In this document: in pieces, positions 1 to 13,080 of the stretch
Position numbering within the stretch: position 1 is the stretch's first letter
How the letters are laid out: each line of letters begins with the position of its first letter
Assembly (NCBI RefSeq): GCF_006345805.1
Contig: NC_043000.1
Span: forward strand, 53,258,001 to 53,322,000
DNA from: Octopus sinensis
Taxonomy: Eukaryota
Reading direction: 5' to 3'
DNA: 64,000 bases
Made by a program: the position numbers and the translations under genes
Notes under the pieces: model-generated
Databases searched by the model: none
What the model was told of the DNA's origin: nothing
What the model saw: the letters and a program-made list of their open reading frames with translations, nothing else

Positions 1-185
1 CTACTGAGATAAAATAAATAACATCCGAGTTTACTGAACACAAAATACTAGAAAGGTTTCCCACACCTTACAGATATTCGGTAACGGTGCAATGAATTTA
101 TTTATTTCGTCCAATATATATATATATATATAATTGTTAAAGATGAAGAAAACGTTAAGGCAAAGCAAACATCTCGAATCATATG

Positions 186-622
186 CATTATTATTGTTAT
201 TGGAAAAAATTCAGTCTAACTTCTGTTTCTGAGATATCCCAGAGTATGGGATAATCCGTCATCGGAGACAAATAGGGAAAATGAGAAGAATATAGATTAA
301 TGAAATGATGACATATAAGACAGGAATAAAAGAATAATGAGTTGAAGAAAGAGAAGAAAAAGAAGCATAAAAGTTCAAATTTCAACTTCCCCACCTTGTA
401 AAAATAAATCCTTTTATGCTTCATGTGGAAATATGTAGAAATAAGTTCATTTATGATTCTTGTTTCTTCTCTTTCTTCATCTCCTTATTCCTCTACTTCT
501 GTGCTCTATGTCGTCATTTCATTAATCTATACCCTTCTCATTTTCCCGGAATATCCCATATCTGGGATATCCCAGAAACAGCTGTAAGACTTAGAACTTT
601 TTCAAATAATAATAATTATATG
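186..622. repeat. Imperfect foldback (inverted repeat, ~190-bp arms) derived from a Penelope-like pseudo-LTR
   Basis: Arm ~190-395 aligns to the reverse complement of ~425-612, and the two opposite-strand ORFs translate alike (CHHFINLYSSHFP / CRHFINLYPSHFP). The right arm has GAAACAGCTGTAAGAC, identical to the hammerhead half at 12873-12888. Confidence 0.75.
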
Positions 623-1077
623 ACTTCAGATGATTGCCTTGCCTTAATGTTTGTGTCTCCTTTAACAATGATATAACCGCTTTATCGGAAATCTGCAATG
701 GCACCATAACTACCGTCTTGGCTATAATCAACTCTGAAATAAAACCTAAAATTTAGTATATATATATATATAATGGTAGGGAATATAACGTGCGTAGTCT
801 CTTTACAACTATTTACAATTTATTGTACTTTATTGATTAAAAATAAGTTTTTTTACAGTATCTGTTTTCTATATGGTGCGAATAACATCGTTCTTTATTG
901 AATTGTTTAATAGTATTTTTTTTACTATAATATAATAGTGATTTCATAAACCAGGGAAACAGTTACATGACCAAATAACTGCGAATCTGGAGAACGTGGA
1001 AACAATTGTAATGGTTACATATAAATGTTTCTCTGTAATTCGTCTTGTTGATTGCGGCTTATTATACATATATATAT

Positions 1078-1110
<33 letters not shown>

Positions 1111-1295
1111 CATAATAAAATATAATACATATTAATATTTTGTAGAAGAAACAGATTGACTCAAGCGCCGAGAAATTCACGCGTTCAAACTTATCAAACT
1201 TGAGCTTCGTGCGTTGGCACTTATCGAACTTAAGTTACTTCTACTAAATATTAATAAAAATATACATTAACACATATTGTCGTGTTTGCATAACT

Positions 1296-1678
1296 ATACA
1301 TACATACATATATTATGGCTGCCCCCTCGTTATCGAGTATGGCCATTGCACAAAGCTTAACTGTTACTGGTACTGTGATCGAATGTGACTTTTGTACAGA
1401 ATTGGCAACTAATACCTTTACCGGTAATAGCCGGCTGTAGTTGTAACTGGGCTTCATGTACCTTTGCACGTCCTTTAAGTCCTCCTGCCGAATTACACTC
1501 CCTTCCACATGCCCGACAGATATGATTAGTATGATGTGTTACACCACCACCAGTGGCCAGGTTGTCACTCATCTGTCTCGCTTTATGACTACGAAGATGA
1601 CTCTTGAGTTCAGCTTTACTGAGGCAGGGTCTTGCACAGACATTGCATGTCAGCATTAAAGGAAGACCCTTCCCATCT
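1296..1678 (-). mobile_element. 3' terminal fragment of an RTE-clade LINE (C-terminal C2H2-type zinc fingers plus 3' end)
   Basis: Minus ORF 1357-1740 encodes CNVCARPCLSKAELKSHLRSH, CRACGRECNSAGGLKGRAKVH and CQFC. This repeated C-x2-C...S.AGL.SH.R.H pattern is typical of RTE C-termini. It ends GGCCATACTCGATAACGAGGGGGCAGCCAT plus a microsatellite tail. Confidence 0.65.
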
Positions 1679-1680
1679 AC

Positions 1681-1722
<42 letters not shown>

Positions 1723-2562
1723 ATACATACATACATGCATATGATATATCCTTCGTAATGTTTTTTTACATTCCTTTTTAATTATATATATATATATATG
1801 TGTGTGTATTGTACATAAAAGTGTAATTTACATGGACAGGATTAATTAAAATTCAATCACTACCGACCCACACTGTTGCTGTGATAAGAATGTGAACATA
1901 TCTCAATGCTATTGATGTACTGAAAAATAAGGTTCATTGGCAGGTTTGTTGACCTCTGCTCAGTTAATGTACCTGTCTTGTTACTCCAATTGATAAAAGT
2001 TCCTATACAGAAATCACTAATGAATAAGGCTAGTACTGTTTAGGTGGCTTAATTAGTGTTTCTGTGCTTTTGACGCCTCCGTTAATTGGCCAGCGTCTAT
2101 TTTATGCATAACAAATTTACTGAGAAGAATTGAAATAAATTTAGACATTACAAAGCCACAATTTAGGTGAAATGAAAAATGATAGACACAATCTTTCTAT
2201 AACGTGGTGTGTGGAAAAAGATATGTGGCATTGGGCAACCGCTATATAAATCAGTCATGAATTAGGCTGGCAGTAATGTTGGTATCCTAACTTGCATACT
2301 TGTGCTATTAACGTCGTTATGAATTACGCTATAGCTATTAAATGTACAACTCAGCTGTTGTTTTATAAAGCGTGACCGCTTTATATAGCAACACACCTAT
2401 TGATGCTATTGTGTGGAAAGCCATTTACGCCTATTCTTAGAGGATGTGTCAACAAACAGTGGAACGGACTGTCATGAGACTCTTTCATTATTTTCAGAAA
2501 ATCATTCTCATAGAAACAATGTATTCTTATTTTAATTCATAGTAAGTTTTTTTAATGCCTTT

Positions 2563-2599
<37 letters not shown>

Positions 2600-2606
<7 letters not shown>

Positions 2607-3200
2607 ACCCGCGACGATACTTCCGCCCTGACTGTCTTTTTTCGCCTGGCCTTCAAGGTAACTGGACGACATTTTTCCTGCTCTCCTGTCGTTCACAAAA
2701 AATTCTGCGTTTGCAATACTTATTTCGTTCGGCGTCAACAGCCCTTCTTATCTTGTTTTTCCCTGTCCTGTCTTTTACTGTTATATTTTGTTACTGTTTA
2801 TATTTTTTTTTACTGTTTATATTTTTGTACTGTCGTTACTGTCCTGTTTTTTTAACATTTTTTTACCATTTTTTACCCCTCTGCGAAAAGATCTCAGAAT
2901 TTTAATTGATTTGCTTTTCGAAGGAAGGAAAGTTTCTTGTCGAAGATACGTCTCGCTTTTATCCTTCGAAACGTAGAGTAGATGAAACCTTAGCGACTGA
3001 AGAAGGGGTTTTTTCGTTGTGTTAATTGTCCTGTACTCCATTTTTTGTTGTTTTTAAAAAAATGTCCAGTTCCTTTGGTTTGTGTCTATGTTTTCGTTTC
3101 TCTTTGTGTTCGACGTCCCTTTGGTGTCCTGTACTCATATATGCGTGTATATGTACATGTAGAGGTAGGTACGTACATATATGTTTATATATATGCATAT
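2600..3200 (+). repeat. Dispersed repeat, probably PLE pseudo-LTR derived; second copy at ~26420-26660
   Basis: Shares GCGACTGAAGAAGGGG...GTGTCCTGTAC.CATATATG...ACATGTAGAGGTAGGTACGTACATATATG with 26440-26650. Contains TTTCGAAGGA/TCCTTCGAAACGTA and CTGAAGAAGG hammerhead-like half motifs. Confidence 0.55.
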
Positions 3201-3219
3201 GTTTTATTTCATTTATTAA

Positions 3220-3250
<31 letters not shown>

Positions 3251-4249
3251 GCATATATGTATATATACGTACGTACGTATGTATGTATGTATGTATGTAT
3301 GTATGTATGATTGTATGTATGTATGTATGTATGTATGTGTGTGTGTGTGTGTGTGCACGTATGTATGTATATTTTTGTTTGTATATTTCTGTATGTGTAG
3401 TCGTGTCCTATTTTTGTGTGCTTGTGTGCGAGTGTGTTCTTTTGTATTTTTCTCTTCGTGCGCATGTGCACACCCCACAGCAATTTTCAAACTTATCTCT
3501 GTCAATAATATTTTCTGGCTTTGACGAATACCTCCTATTGCATTACTATTTGTTTTCTCCATTCTCCTCCATTTTTCATGTTCGCTATAATGAATTTTTC
3601 CCATTCTCATACATCCAATTGATTACTTCTTGAACACTAGTAAACAACTTTCGAGAGAATCGTTGTGCTTTTTTTCATTCTAGCCTTTCTCTTTCTCACA
3701 AGTTAACATTTATTCTCTTTACCACATACATTTCTATTCTATGGCGCAAGTACAAGGTATTGTATCACCGATGATTGCCTGGTGACAAATACTTGCACTG
3801 AATATAAAATAACACGCCAGTGCTTTTCCATCCTGCATGTTTCTACTACCGCTGGCCTGTATCTGGGTATCTTAAACTATAATCTTAGGTACGTCCCCTG
3901 GGTTGTTCATTAAAAATGTGATGTGAAGATAATTCTAAACACGAGACACATAAACACTGGAAGAAAATCACCAATCCCTACAGACAAGATATGTTATAAC
4001 CAGCACAATAACTTGTGTACGACCCTTGTCTAAATCGCTAAAAGCGCTTGTGTTCGTCACACAGTTTTTATGCTTTCTCGATTCACAATCTGCAGCCTAA
4101 TATTTTGCTTACTGCCAAAATGAACTCTACTTGAAATTACCTTTTCTTCCAAGCAGTACTTACGAAGCATAAGCTTCTACATTTGCTGCATAATTTCCAC
4201 TCTACTCCATGTTGGATACACCATGTCCGACTCTCTTTTTCTTTCCCTC

Positions 4250-5170
4250 TCTTTTTTATAAACAACCGTTCTTATTCAATTTCAATATCTCGAACGCGAC
4301 TGAGAAGAGTCATTAAAAAATATCTTTCGATTATCTTCTGTAACCCCACTTCTTTAAAGGCTACCAGTATAATTGTCGAAGGCATGCAGCAGATTTGGCT
4401 TTACGAAGACAAGTCCACTACACACCTAAACGTCTATATCACTAACCATTAGGCCACTTTCCTCGAGAAATTAGGTGGAAATTGTTATTGTGTGGAACCT
4501 TGAAAATCAGTTATCATCTTATCCTCCAGCTAAGCAGCATATCAAATATTTCAGTACGTTGCTCATATTTTGTATCAACGACTTCCTGTTTCATGACACA
4601 ATAGCGGCGTATCCTGATAGACATTTTCTCCGAGATATACTCTATTAATACCGGAGCACCTTGGGGTTTGTTTTGTCACCAATATATCAAAAATCTCTTA
4701 AGAATCACGTCTAAATCTTTCCACTTGTACGAAGATGATAACATCGCTGAATCCCTTCTCTAATTCGCAGCGCGTGATCGTCAACCACATGCAACCTACA
4801 TAGTGTATGCTAAATACTAAATTAAGTCCATAATATTAAGTCCATAATATTAAGTCCATAAAGAGACTTAATATTCCCTAACGAGGTGCAAGACAATCTT
4901 CTGTCGCTCAACGTCACAGAGGTATGATCACAACATAAATGAAGATAACAATATCACACATCAAAGCTTCTAAACTACTTCAGCACACAACAAGAATATC
5001 AAAACGATGTCAAACATGCTATGCTTCATACTTTCTGGTAAATGCAGAGACTACAACCTGAATCACACCACAAAACCTGGCTTTCCGACTAACTTTTTAT
5101 TAAGCCTAGGTGAGACCCACAATGGAATACTGATAGAGAAGAGAGATATCTTTGGAGTGGGGGGATGGCG
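4250..5170 (+). mobile_element. Degraded CR1/L2-group LINE reverse transcriptase remnant
   Basis: Hand translation QIWLYEDKSTTHLNVYITNH*ATFLEKLGG...SINTGAPWG...LLRITSKSFHLYEDD follows the Q.GFR..RST / INSGVPQG / YADD motif order. Many stops. Confidence 0.55.
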
Positions 5171-5491
5171 AGTGTATTGTTTTGTACATTCTTTAAGACC
5201 AGAACGATTCACATTCTAGTTTCACCTGACCTTTTTCTAGATTTTTTATCGACTACCTATTAAACCCCAAATGTAGGAAGTGAATGTCAAGTATTAAAAA
5301 TATGTGTATGAGCTTGTGAGAAAGAAAGAAAGGGATAATCTGTGTATGCGAGTTATATAATGTATGTGTCTGTGAGTATATATTTTTAATGGGTAATTCC
5401 ATTTTACGAACTTATCTGCATAACTTGTAAAGGCAGTAACTTGAACTCATCAGACCGATACATGTAATGTAATTATGGATTAAGACAGCAA

Positions 5492-5516
5492 AATAATAAT
5501 AATGATGATAATGATG

Positions 5517-5596
<80 letters not shown>

Positions 5597-5610
5597 AATT
5601 TTAAAAATAA

Positions 5611-5691
<81 letters not shown>

Positions 5692-5715
5692 TAATAATAA
5701 GTATAATGATAATAT
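5492..5715. repeat. (AAT)n microsatellite, interrupted
   Basis: Long AAT runs are directly visible and explain the poly-I/poly-L ORFs. Confidence 0.95.
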
Positions 5716-8700
5716 TAACATGGCTTCACACAATAAAATTTCCCCCAATTGTGTTTTAATACTTTTCTCCTATCTCTTCCCTTGAAATTGAAAGCAGTCC
5801 TCATTACATTAAATTTTCATTTTATCCTCGATGGAGATTAATTTATATATTCCTACTAGCAGATATTCCTGCTAATGAGTTGTGAAACTTTGAAAGAACG
5901 ATTTAAACGTTTGGATACATTTCAAGTAAGAAAAATCGATACTTTTCAAATTCAATTTCTTTTAAAATTAAGTAGTTTAATTTAATCTTCTAAATGATGG
6001 AATGTAATAATTATTCAACATTTCATTGATTTTGTTTTTTTTTTGCCTTCCTTTGAAAAAATTTTATAAAATTATATTTAGCCTTCTTTGTCTGTCTAGA
6101 AATGTGTATAGTTGCTGAATGTTATAATTTTCGATATATTTACCATTTGTATTAAATTATACTTCAACATAGTTATAGCATCATGACAAACAATGCTTGC
6201 GTAGAAGTATATTGATCAAGCAATATATTTAAACATCTCTATGTTGTTAACGTATGTATGTATCTATCTCATTTTACAAGTTGCATAATGAATAATAAAA
6301 AATACAGTCTCTGAAATGTAATATTTAGGCTATAATTTAATAAAACGAACGTCCAATTGCTAATTATAATTATTTCTTTTATGAGCATATAAACAAATTT
6401 GTGTAAGAACTATGGCTAGCCTAATCGATTGGGTACAATTATATCGACTGAACAGTAAACAGTTTTTGTCCTGATGACGACATTTTGCTTGCGATACGTA
6501 ATACTCATTCGCAAAATATTTACAGCTTATTTATTGATTGGACAGTTGTTGAGCTTTTTACTAGCTACTATATAAGCTGGAATGATTTTTCATGAGTAGG
6601 CAGAACATGGAGATCGCTTTTACTGTTTTAGTTTTGACCAAGAGTTCAGTTTCAATAACATGCTTTATTCTGCTAGTTTCAGTGCCAGATAAATTCCCTG
6701 TTATATTCAAATAAAAGCTTTTAATGAAATTTTAAGGTATCCACTGTTCTAGACTAGTGTGATGGCCACACCACAGTCAGTACGATTTATTTTCTTTACG
6801 GTTACAGCTGTTTGTTGTTCCAGGGCGCAAAGTTTAATAACATATCGACTGCAATGAATCCTAAGGTGTGTTTCGACGAAATGCCGACTACAGTATGCTA
6901 TACAAAGAACTTCTCGCTTCTACGTGATTTTTTAACTGGTTACATTGAAATCAAATAATTTCCTATGTAAATCGACGGACCTTTTCATTCCATTACTGCG
7001 GCAAAGGTATTTGAATAGAAATGTCTAGATTCAAATCCACGTGCACTGGCATATATATGAGAATGTTCTGTCTGTTGTTCCCTGCTTGTTTATTGATGGT
7101 TACCAACGCTCCTTTGTTAAGTTTGATATAAAACATGTGGAAAAGTCGATACAAATAAATTATTGCATATTTGTGAAGACCAAAATTTTACGAGAGATAG
7201 GGAAATCCAATTTTAGCAACACAAGGTATCAATAAAGTAAACGACAGTCTGATGCAGAACAGCTACTAAACTAGCCAACGGGGAAAGAAAGAATAGCGTA
7301 CTAAACCTTGATGCAATTACGCCATAAATAGGTAGAATGAGCGACTGCCGAATTAGAAGAAGGGAAACAACCTCGAAATTAAAACACCCAGATGACACTA
7401 CGAAATGTTGCCAGATATATAGGCAGTTTGCCGTATATGTACACGGAAAGGGTTCAAACACCTTATGGTAGATCATTATTTGTTAAATAAGCGAAGAGGG
7501 ATAGTAATTTATGGATAGCATAAATTTAAAAGTTACAAAATCTCCACGAATCGGCATAACTCCATAAAACGTTGGGTGAGTATATATGGAAGCATTTGCG
7601 ATTAACTTCATATTTCTTTCTTCCTTTTCTTCCTTTTCCTTTTCTCATTCTAATTGATTATGATGAAAGATTATGAAAACAATTACTTGAACAGAATCAT
7701 GCATGCAAAGGATGGGATACTGTCAAAGTACCAATAACCGATATATCTTTTCATATCTCTATGAATGCCACCTCATTATTCTTATAAATAGTAAGTGAAC
7801 TTGACTTCGCTAAAATTCTGTTAAGCCAAGCTTAAATCTCTTTGTAAATTCTATTATATCCTATGCGTGTGGCGGGACACAAACTGGCAGAATTCTAAAC
7901 AGATATATTCACGATCAGTTCCACTTCACTCGATACCGCATAGAGAGTCTGGGTAAACCACTTAATAGAGGCGTGTCCAGATCAATTTAGAATAAAACTA
8001 AAGCTTTTTATAGGGCTGATTATCAATATTTGGCGGCTGTACAAACGGTGAATAGTTTCGTTCCTGTCTTCAAATTTTGGGTTGCTGTAGTATGCTTAGG
8101 TTTCCTGCTTCTTTCATTCATCCTCAATTCTCTCTTCCCAAGGATTAGCTGAGAATATAACGTATCTTTACAACAAAATATTAGCAATGGAATATGTCGT
8201 ATTTTTTTCTTTAATCTCAGATATTCCTTCAGTTAATGTTATCTTTCTATAGGATTCGAATGTAGATGATATTTTTTTTTACATTGTTCTACTGCAGGCT
8301 GAACGTTGGACTATATCTCTTTACTGGTGGTTATTGGTATACGCTAAGAAGAAATGTAACATCAGCATTATATAATAAGTTTGTCTGTAAATTCGTAAAC
8401 GTTGTATTTATGTCTCACATCTGTGAAGAGAATATTTTCTGGTATAAATGAAACACAGCTCTTCAACGTACATTATTATTTTTCAATGCTTACATTATTA
8501 TCTGCTGAACAACTAGTTTTCCGCTAGACTCAATATAGATACGCGACATGATAACGAAGCTTTACGTCTGAGCCACTAAAGCCTAATTAGTTTGCAAATT
8601 ATCTGCATGCAGCAGCATTTCCAAGGTTTCTAATTATTCTTCAATTAATCATTGGCATCGCAAAGAATTTTCAAAAACTTCTGCAACATGTTCATTTTGC

Positions 8701-8832
8701 AGTATATATGCTACTGAAACATTTTAAAATAAGTTTTCTACTTAGTCGTTAAAATCTAATAGAACATATATATCTATATACAAGTACACACACACACAGA
8801 TATGCCTGCATATATACGTGCATGTATTTAAA

Positions 8833-8940
8833 GCTTAGCGGTATTTCTTCCGCCGAGGTCGACTTTGCCTGTCATCTCTTGGGGTTCGATAAAATAAGTA
8901 AACCAGCTGTGTGCTTGAATCGATGCAATCAAGTAGCTAT
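8833..8940 (+). mobile_element. SINE family B fragment
   Basis: GCTTAGCGGTATTTCTTCCGCCGAGGTCGACTTTGCCTGTCATC...GATAAAATAAGTA matches the family B core at 18540-18780 and 63410-63650. Confidence 0.7.
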
Positions 8941-9921
8941 TCCGCCAAAATTTCAGGCCATGTGCTTTTGTGTAAAGGATTATGAGAACGGTGACATTTC
9001 ATGATATTTAAAGTGAAGTAAAAATTCAAATTGATGAAGCGAACTGGTCTGCAACACCCTACTCATTCATCAGTTGGCCGTTTACTTGTATGTGTTTATT
9101 TCTCCCTACAATTTCTTCTACATAAAGGACAACACTGACAATGTATCCAAGTACTGTATCTGTAGATTTTAGTTGGATTGTATTTTCTTCATATGGAATT
9201 TTTATTGTTTCCTTCAATGGAAACTATCTAATTTCTACTTAGATTCTGTATCTGGTTTGCAACATTCTTTATGTGAATTCGTATGTTGAAACAAATTTTG
9301 TTGGGTTTATGGAGAGTCATTATGCCAATATCATTAACACATACACAGGTTCAATTCCGACTAACTAATCGATCATTTGTTTAATTTGATTTAACGGCAA
9401 GTTATTTGTTTTGCTTTTGTTTGTCAAAGCTCTTTCTTTGTTACTTTCAAACTTTTCAATGACTTTAGACCTAGTCTATTATGGAGACCACGTTTGTCTG
9501 ATTGAGACCTTGTTGCACGGGCCAGTGTTCTTCCGCCTATTCCTGTATCCGTGTGCCTGCTTATGTGTTTGTGTATGGTTCTTTGTGTACTTCTGCTTCC
9601 TTGTACGTGCGTACTTGAGGGTGTCTATACTTATGCGTTTTAGTAAGTATGCACGGGCGCCTGTTGTGTATACATGTGTGCCTATATACTAGGTCTGTGT
9701 GTGGAGTGCATGTGTATGTGTGTGTGTATGGTCATGTGCTTCTGTCTCCTTGTGCTTGTGTGTGCTTCAGTGTGTTTACTTATCTACCGACCTCTACATA
9801 CATAAATTAATAAATATATCCGAATGAATGTTTACAGGGTGATGTTTCTCGATTGATTATCCTCTACATTTTCTTATTTCCATTATATATATATGTATAT
9901 ATAATTATATGTATATATAGA

Positions 9922-10005
9922 TAGGTGGTGCTCCAGCATGGCCGCAGTCAAATGACTGAAACAAGTAAAAGAGTAAAAGAGTAAAAAAAGTGTAAAAGAG
10001 TAACT
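9922..10005 (+). mobile_element. SINE family A 3' end fragment
   Basis: GGTGGTGCTCCAGCATGGCCGCAGTCAAATGACTGAAACAAGTAAAAGAGTAAAAGAG matches the 3' ends of copies at 25900-25950 and 28880-28930. Confidence 0.8.
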
Positions 10006-10079
10006 AGGCACTGCAATCTAATGAAATGCTTGTCAATTACACAATGCTCCTACTACTTGCAGCAGTGAACTGTATCTAC

Positions 10080-10144
<65 letters not shown>

Positions 10145-10405
10145 TGTGTGTGTACATATATATGTGTGTATATATGTATATTTATGTATATATATATATA
10201 TATATTTATATATACATATATATTTATTTATGGTTATTTATAATTGTTAAATTTCTAAATTTATATAAATTATTTTATGTATTGGCTTAAGTCTTTCTTT
10301 GTTTGATTTGCATAATAGTGGTTTTGTCTCTAATTTAATATAATATATATACATATATATATATGCATATATGTATAATTATATATGTAGATATATATGT
10401 ATATG

Positions 10406-10460
<55 letters not shown>

Positions 10461-11591
10461 AATTTATAAGTTAGAGGTAATGTAACCATCTAAGGGATAG
10501 AGGTATCCAAAGGCACGCCTGATATTACCTCAGTATGTATGGTTCTTGTTTTAAAGTATATGGTGGTAGGTAATTTAAAAGGTAAAACCGTGTTTTAATA
10601 TATATATAAACACGATAAGAAATGGAATAATAATAACACCCAGAAGTAGATCATTGGTATTTTAAAGTTATTTACTAACGATGTGAGTATGTTTATAGCT
10701 GTTTCAGTCTATCAAGCTGGTGTAAATTTACATTTACCTCGTTGCAATAGATGGACATCATATGAACGATTATATGGCAAAGATAAATAGAAGGAAGTTG
10801 GAAGAAGATGTAAGGAAAAGAAAAGACAAATAGAAGTAAAACGTTCGTTAGTTCAATAGTTTTACATTTTAGTGAGGTCCATAATTCCATATGCCAGTTG
10901 GAGGATAGAAGAGAAGGGAGTTCGTGAAATCCAAGATTTTATAATTATTTAGTTTCATAATACCACGTGCCGTAGGTTCTAACCTCTGGCGTTAATTGCT
11001 AGTTGACAACCGGTGTAATCCGAGGAAATTATCGCTATTGGCGATATCCGGTGTAGTTAATTGGACCTACGTGACACTAATTTATAGCCTGTAAGTTAGT
11101 TCCTGTATTTTCAATGGAAGTCGTATTATAAGGCTAAGGTTATTATTTCAAATATATACTATGTGTGTGTATATATATATGTGTGTACAATGGGCTACGT
11201 AAAGGAACAATTAGAAAGGGATGAAAAGTGCATAGAAAAACAATAAGTTCCATAAGGAAATTTTAGCATGTTAAATGGGTCGGTTGTGAAGCTATCAAAT
11301 GGAATTAGATTATAGGAAAAATTGTGCCCTAGCGTAGTATGTAAAGTGATTTAAAAATTCAGTAATTAGTTTAAAATGTGGGGTGAAGTTGAGTAGTGGT
11401 AATTAGTATGTGAGAAGGTTAAAGGGAGGTAATGAGAAGTTAAGTAGGTTCGCTAATAACCTGTAAAATAGGGGTTAGCGATTTTAAAAGTGTAAATAGT
11501 GTTTAACGGTATTTTGAGAATACAAATCTCCTTTTATGTAAACAAAAAATACATACATATAAGTATATATACGTATGTAGGTATAGGTATA

Positions 11592-11824
11592 TATTCTTTT
11601 ATTCTTCTACTTGTTTCAGTCTTTTAACTACGGACATGCTGGAACACCGTTTTTGTCGAACAAATCGACCCCAAGGCTTTTTTTTTTGTAAGCCTAATAC
11701 TTATCCTACTCGTCTGTTTTGCCGAACCGCAAAGTTACGGGAACGTAAACAAACCAACATTAGCTGTCAAGCGTTGGTGGGGGGATAAACATACACACAC
11801 AAACACACACGCACGCGCGCACAC

Positions 11825-11870
<46 letters not shown>

Positions 11871-12029
11871 ACTGGCTTCTTTCAGTTTCCATCTTCTAAA
11901 TCCACTCACAAGGCTTTTTTCGTCACCAGTCTATAGTAAAAGACATGCGTAGAGTGCCACGCAGTGGGAATGAACCCGGAACCGTGTGGTTGGGTAGCAA
12001 ACCTCTTACTATGCAGCCACGCCTGCGCC
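11592..12029 (-). mobile_element. Full-length tRNA-derived SINE family A (Octopus OK-like; family name from recollection)
   Basis: The reverse complement reads GGCGCAGGCGTGGCTGCATAGTAAGAGGTTTGCTACCCAACCACACGGTTCCGGGTTCATTCCCACTGCGTGGCAC (tRNA-like head), then an internal (TA)n/(TG)n tract and the shared 3' body. Homologous copies occur elsewhere in the window. Confidence 0.85.
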
Positions 12030-12169
12030 TATATATACACATATATGTATGTCTCTCTGTATGTCTGTGTGTGTGTGTCTCTCTCTCTCTATATATATAT
12101 ATACATACATATGTATGTATATCTATCTATCTACACATACACACACAAACATATATATAAATTGGCAGA

Positions 12170-13080
12170 ATGAGATAAAAAAAATCAAACCTGTAAATAG
12201 TTTTCAGAGTGATATGTAAGTGCGTATTAGTTTTGGTAGTAAACATCACTCTATCTTTACCTTCTCTCTACCTTTTCTACACCCATCACTTAATGAAGCT
12301 CTATCACACCACCCTGCTCACATAGCTCAAACTAATTTACTCCTTACCTTTTCATCTCTTCCTCTCTTTCCCCCTCACCTCTCCCTTCCTCCTATCGTTT
12401 TATTCTGCCCACTAGCTAACACACCTCTCATTTCCTTTCGTTCCCTCTATCTTCATTTCTCTTTTGTCACCTTCCCTTTTCTTTTTTCTTCTTCCTCCCC
12501 TTCTCTTCCTGTTTTTGATTTGAACTACCTCCCCTTTCTAATCATACACATCTCTCCTCCCTCCATCTATCCTTTAATATTACAAACACATTCCCAAATT
12601 TTGATTCACACTAAAAAACCCACTCGATCGTTCAACACTGTTTACAAAGCTGGCTCTATGCTTGGAATGACCAAATATAACTACCATTGTTACTCAAACA
12701 CAGCATATATACGCCATTCTACCTGAAAATTGGAACTACAAATATTATATCCTTATGTATCTCACTTCTATTTCCATTCTCTTCACTCTGTATTTCATAA
12801 CTTCTCTACAATAATTAATGGTCGAACATTTCCTCGCACCGTCTCTGATGAAGGGATATATAAAATACCTCGGAAACAGCTGTAAGACCTTTTCTTTATA
12901 AATATTCTGAAAACTATTTACAGCCTTGGATTTTTAATCTCATTCTGTCAATTTATGTATGCATGCTAATATACGATCCATGTTGCTGGTTTCTTTTGTA
13001 GAGAGAGAGAGGAGAAAAAAATTGTTTTACTGGTTTCTTTTGTAGTTGGTCAGGATGTTTACTCCAAGGGGATCTAAGAT
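12170..13080 (+). mobile_element. Non-coding PLE-like repeat carrying a minimal hammerhead motif
   Basis: Pyrimidine-rich pLTR-like sequence containing the hammerhead motif at 12841-12888. No coding capacity is recognisable and boundaries are approximate. Confidence 0.45.
12841..12888 (+). ncRNA. Minimal type I hammerhead ribozyme motif (PLE-type, palindromic stem III)
   Basis: GTCT-CTGATGA-A-GGGATATATAAAATACCTCG-GAAA-CAGCTG-TA-AGAC. Stem I is GTCT/AGAC, the CUGAUGA and GAAA cores are intact, stem III is the palindrome CAGCTG and the cleavage triplet is GUA. Stem II is imperfect. Confidence 0.7.

Noticed and set aside
6824-6865. 42-nt candidate exon (GAKFNNISTAMNPK) with AG/GT boundaries
   Set aside because: Too short to distinguish from chance, and no linked neighbouring exon was identified.
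7213-7476. Hydrophobic minus-strand ORF resembling a membrane protein segment
   Set aside because: No family motif or convincing splice sites; hydrophobicity is expected from T-rich sequence.
10965-11077. Structured segment (CGTAGGTTC/GGACCTACG stem followed by TAAC) as a twister ribozyme
   Set aside because: The conserved twister pseudoknot and P4 motifs could not be placed. Probably a hairpin within an unclassified repeat.
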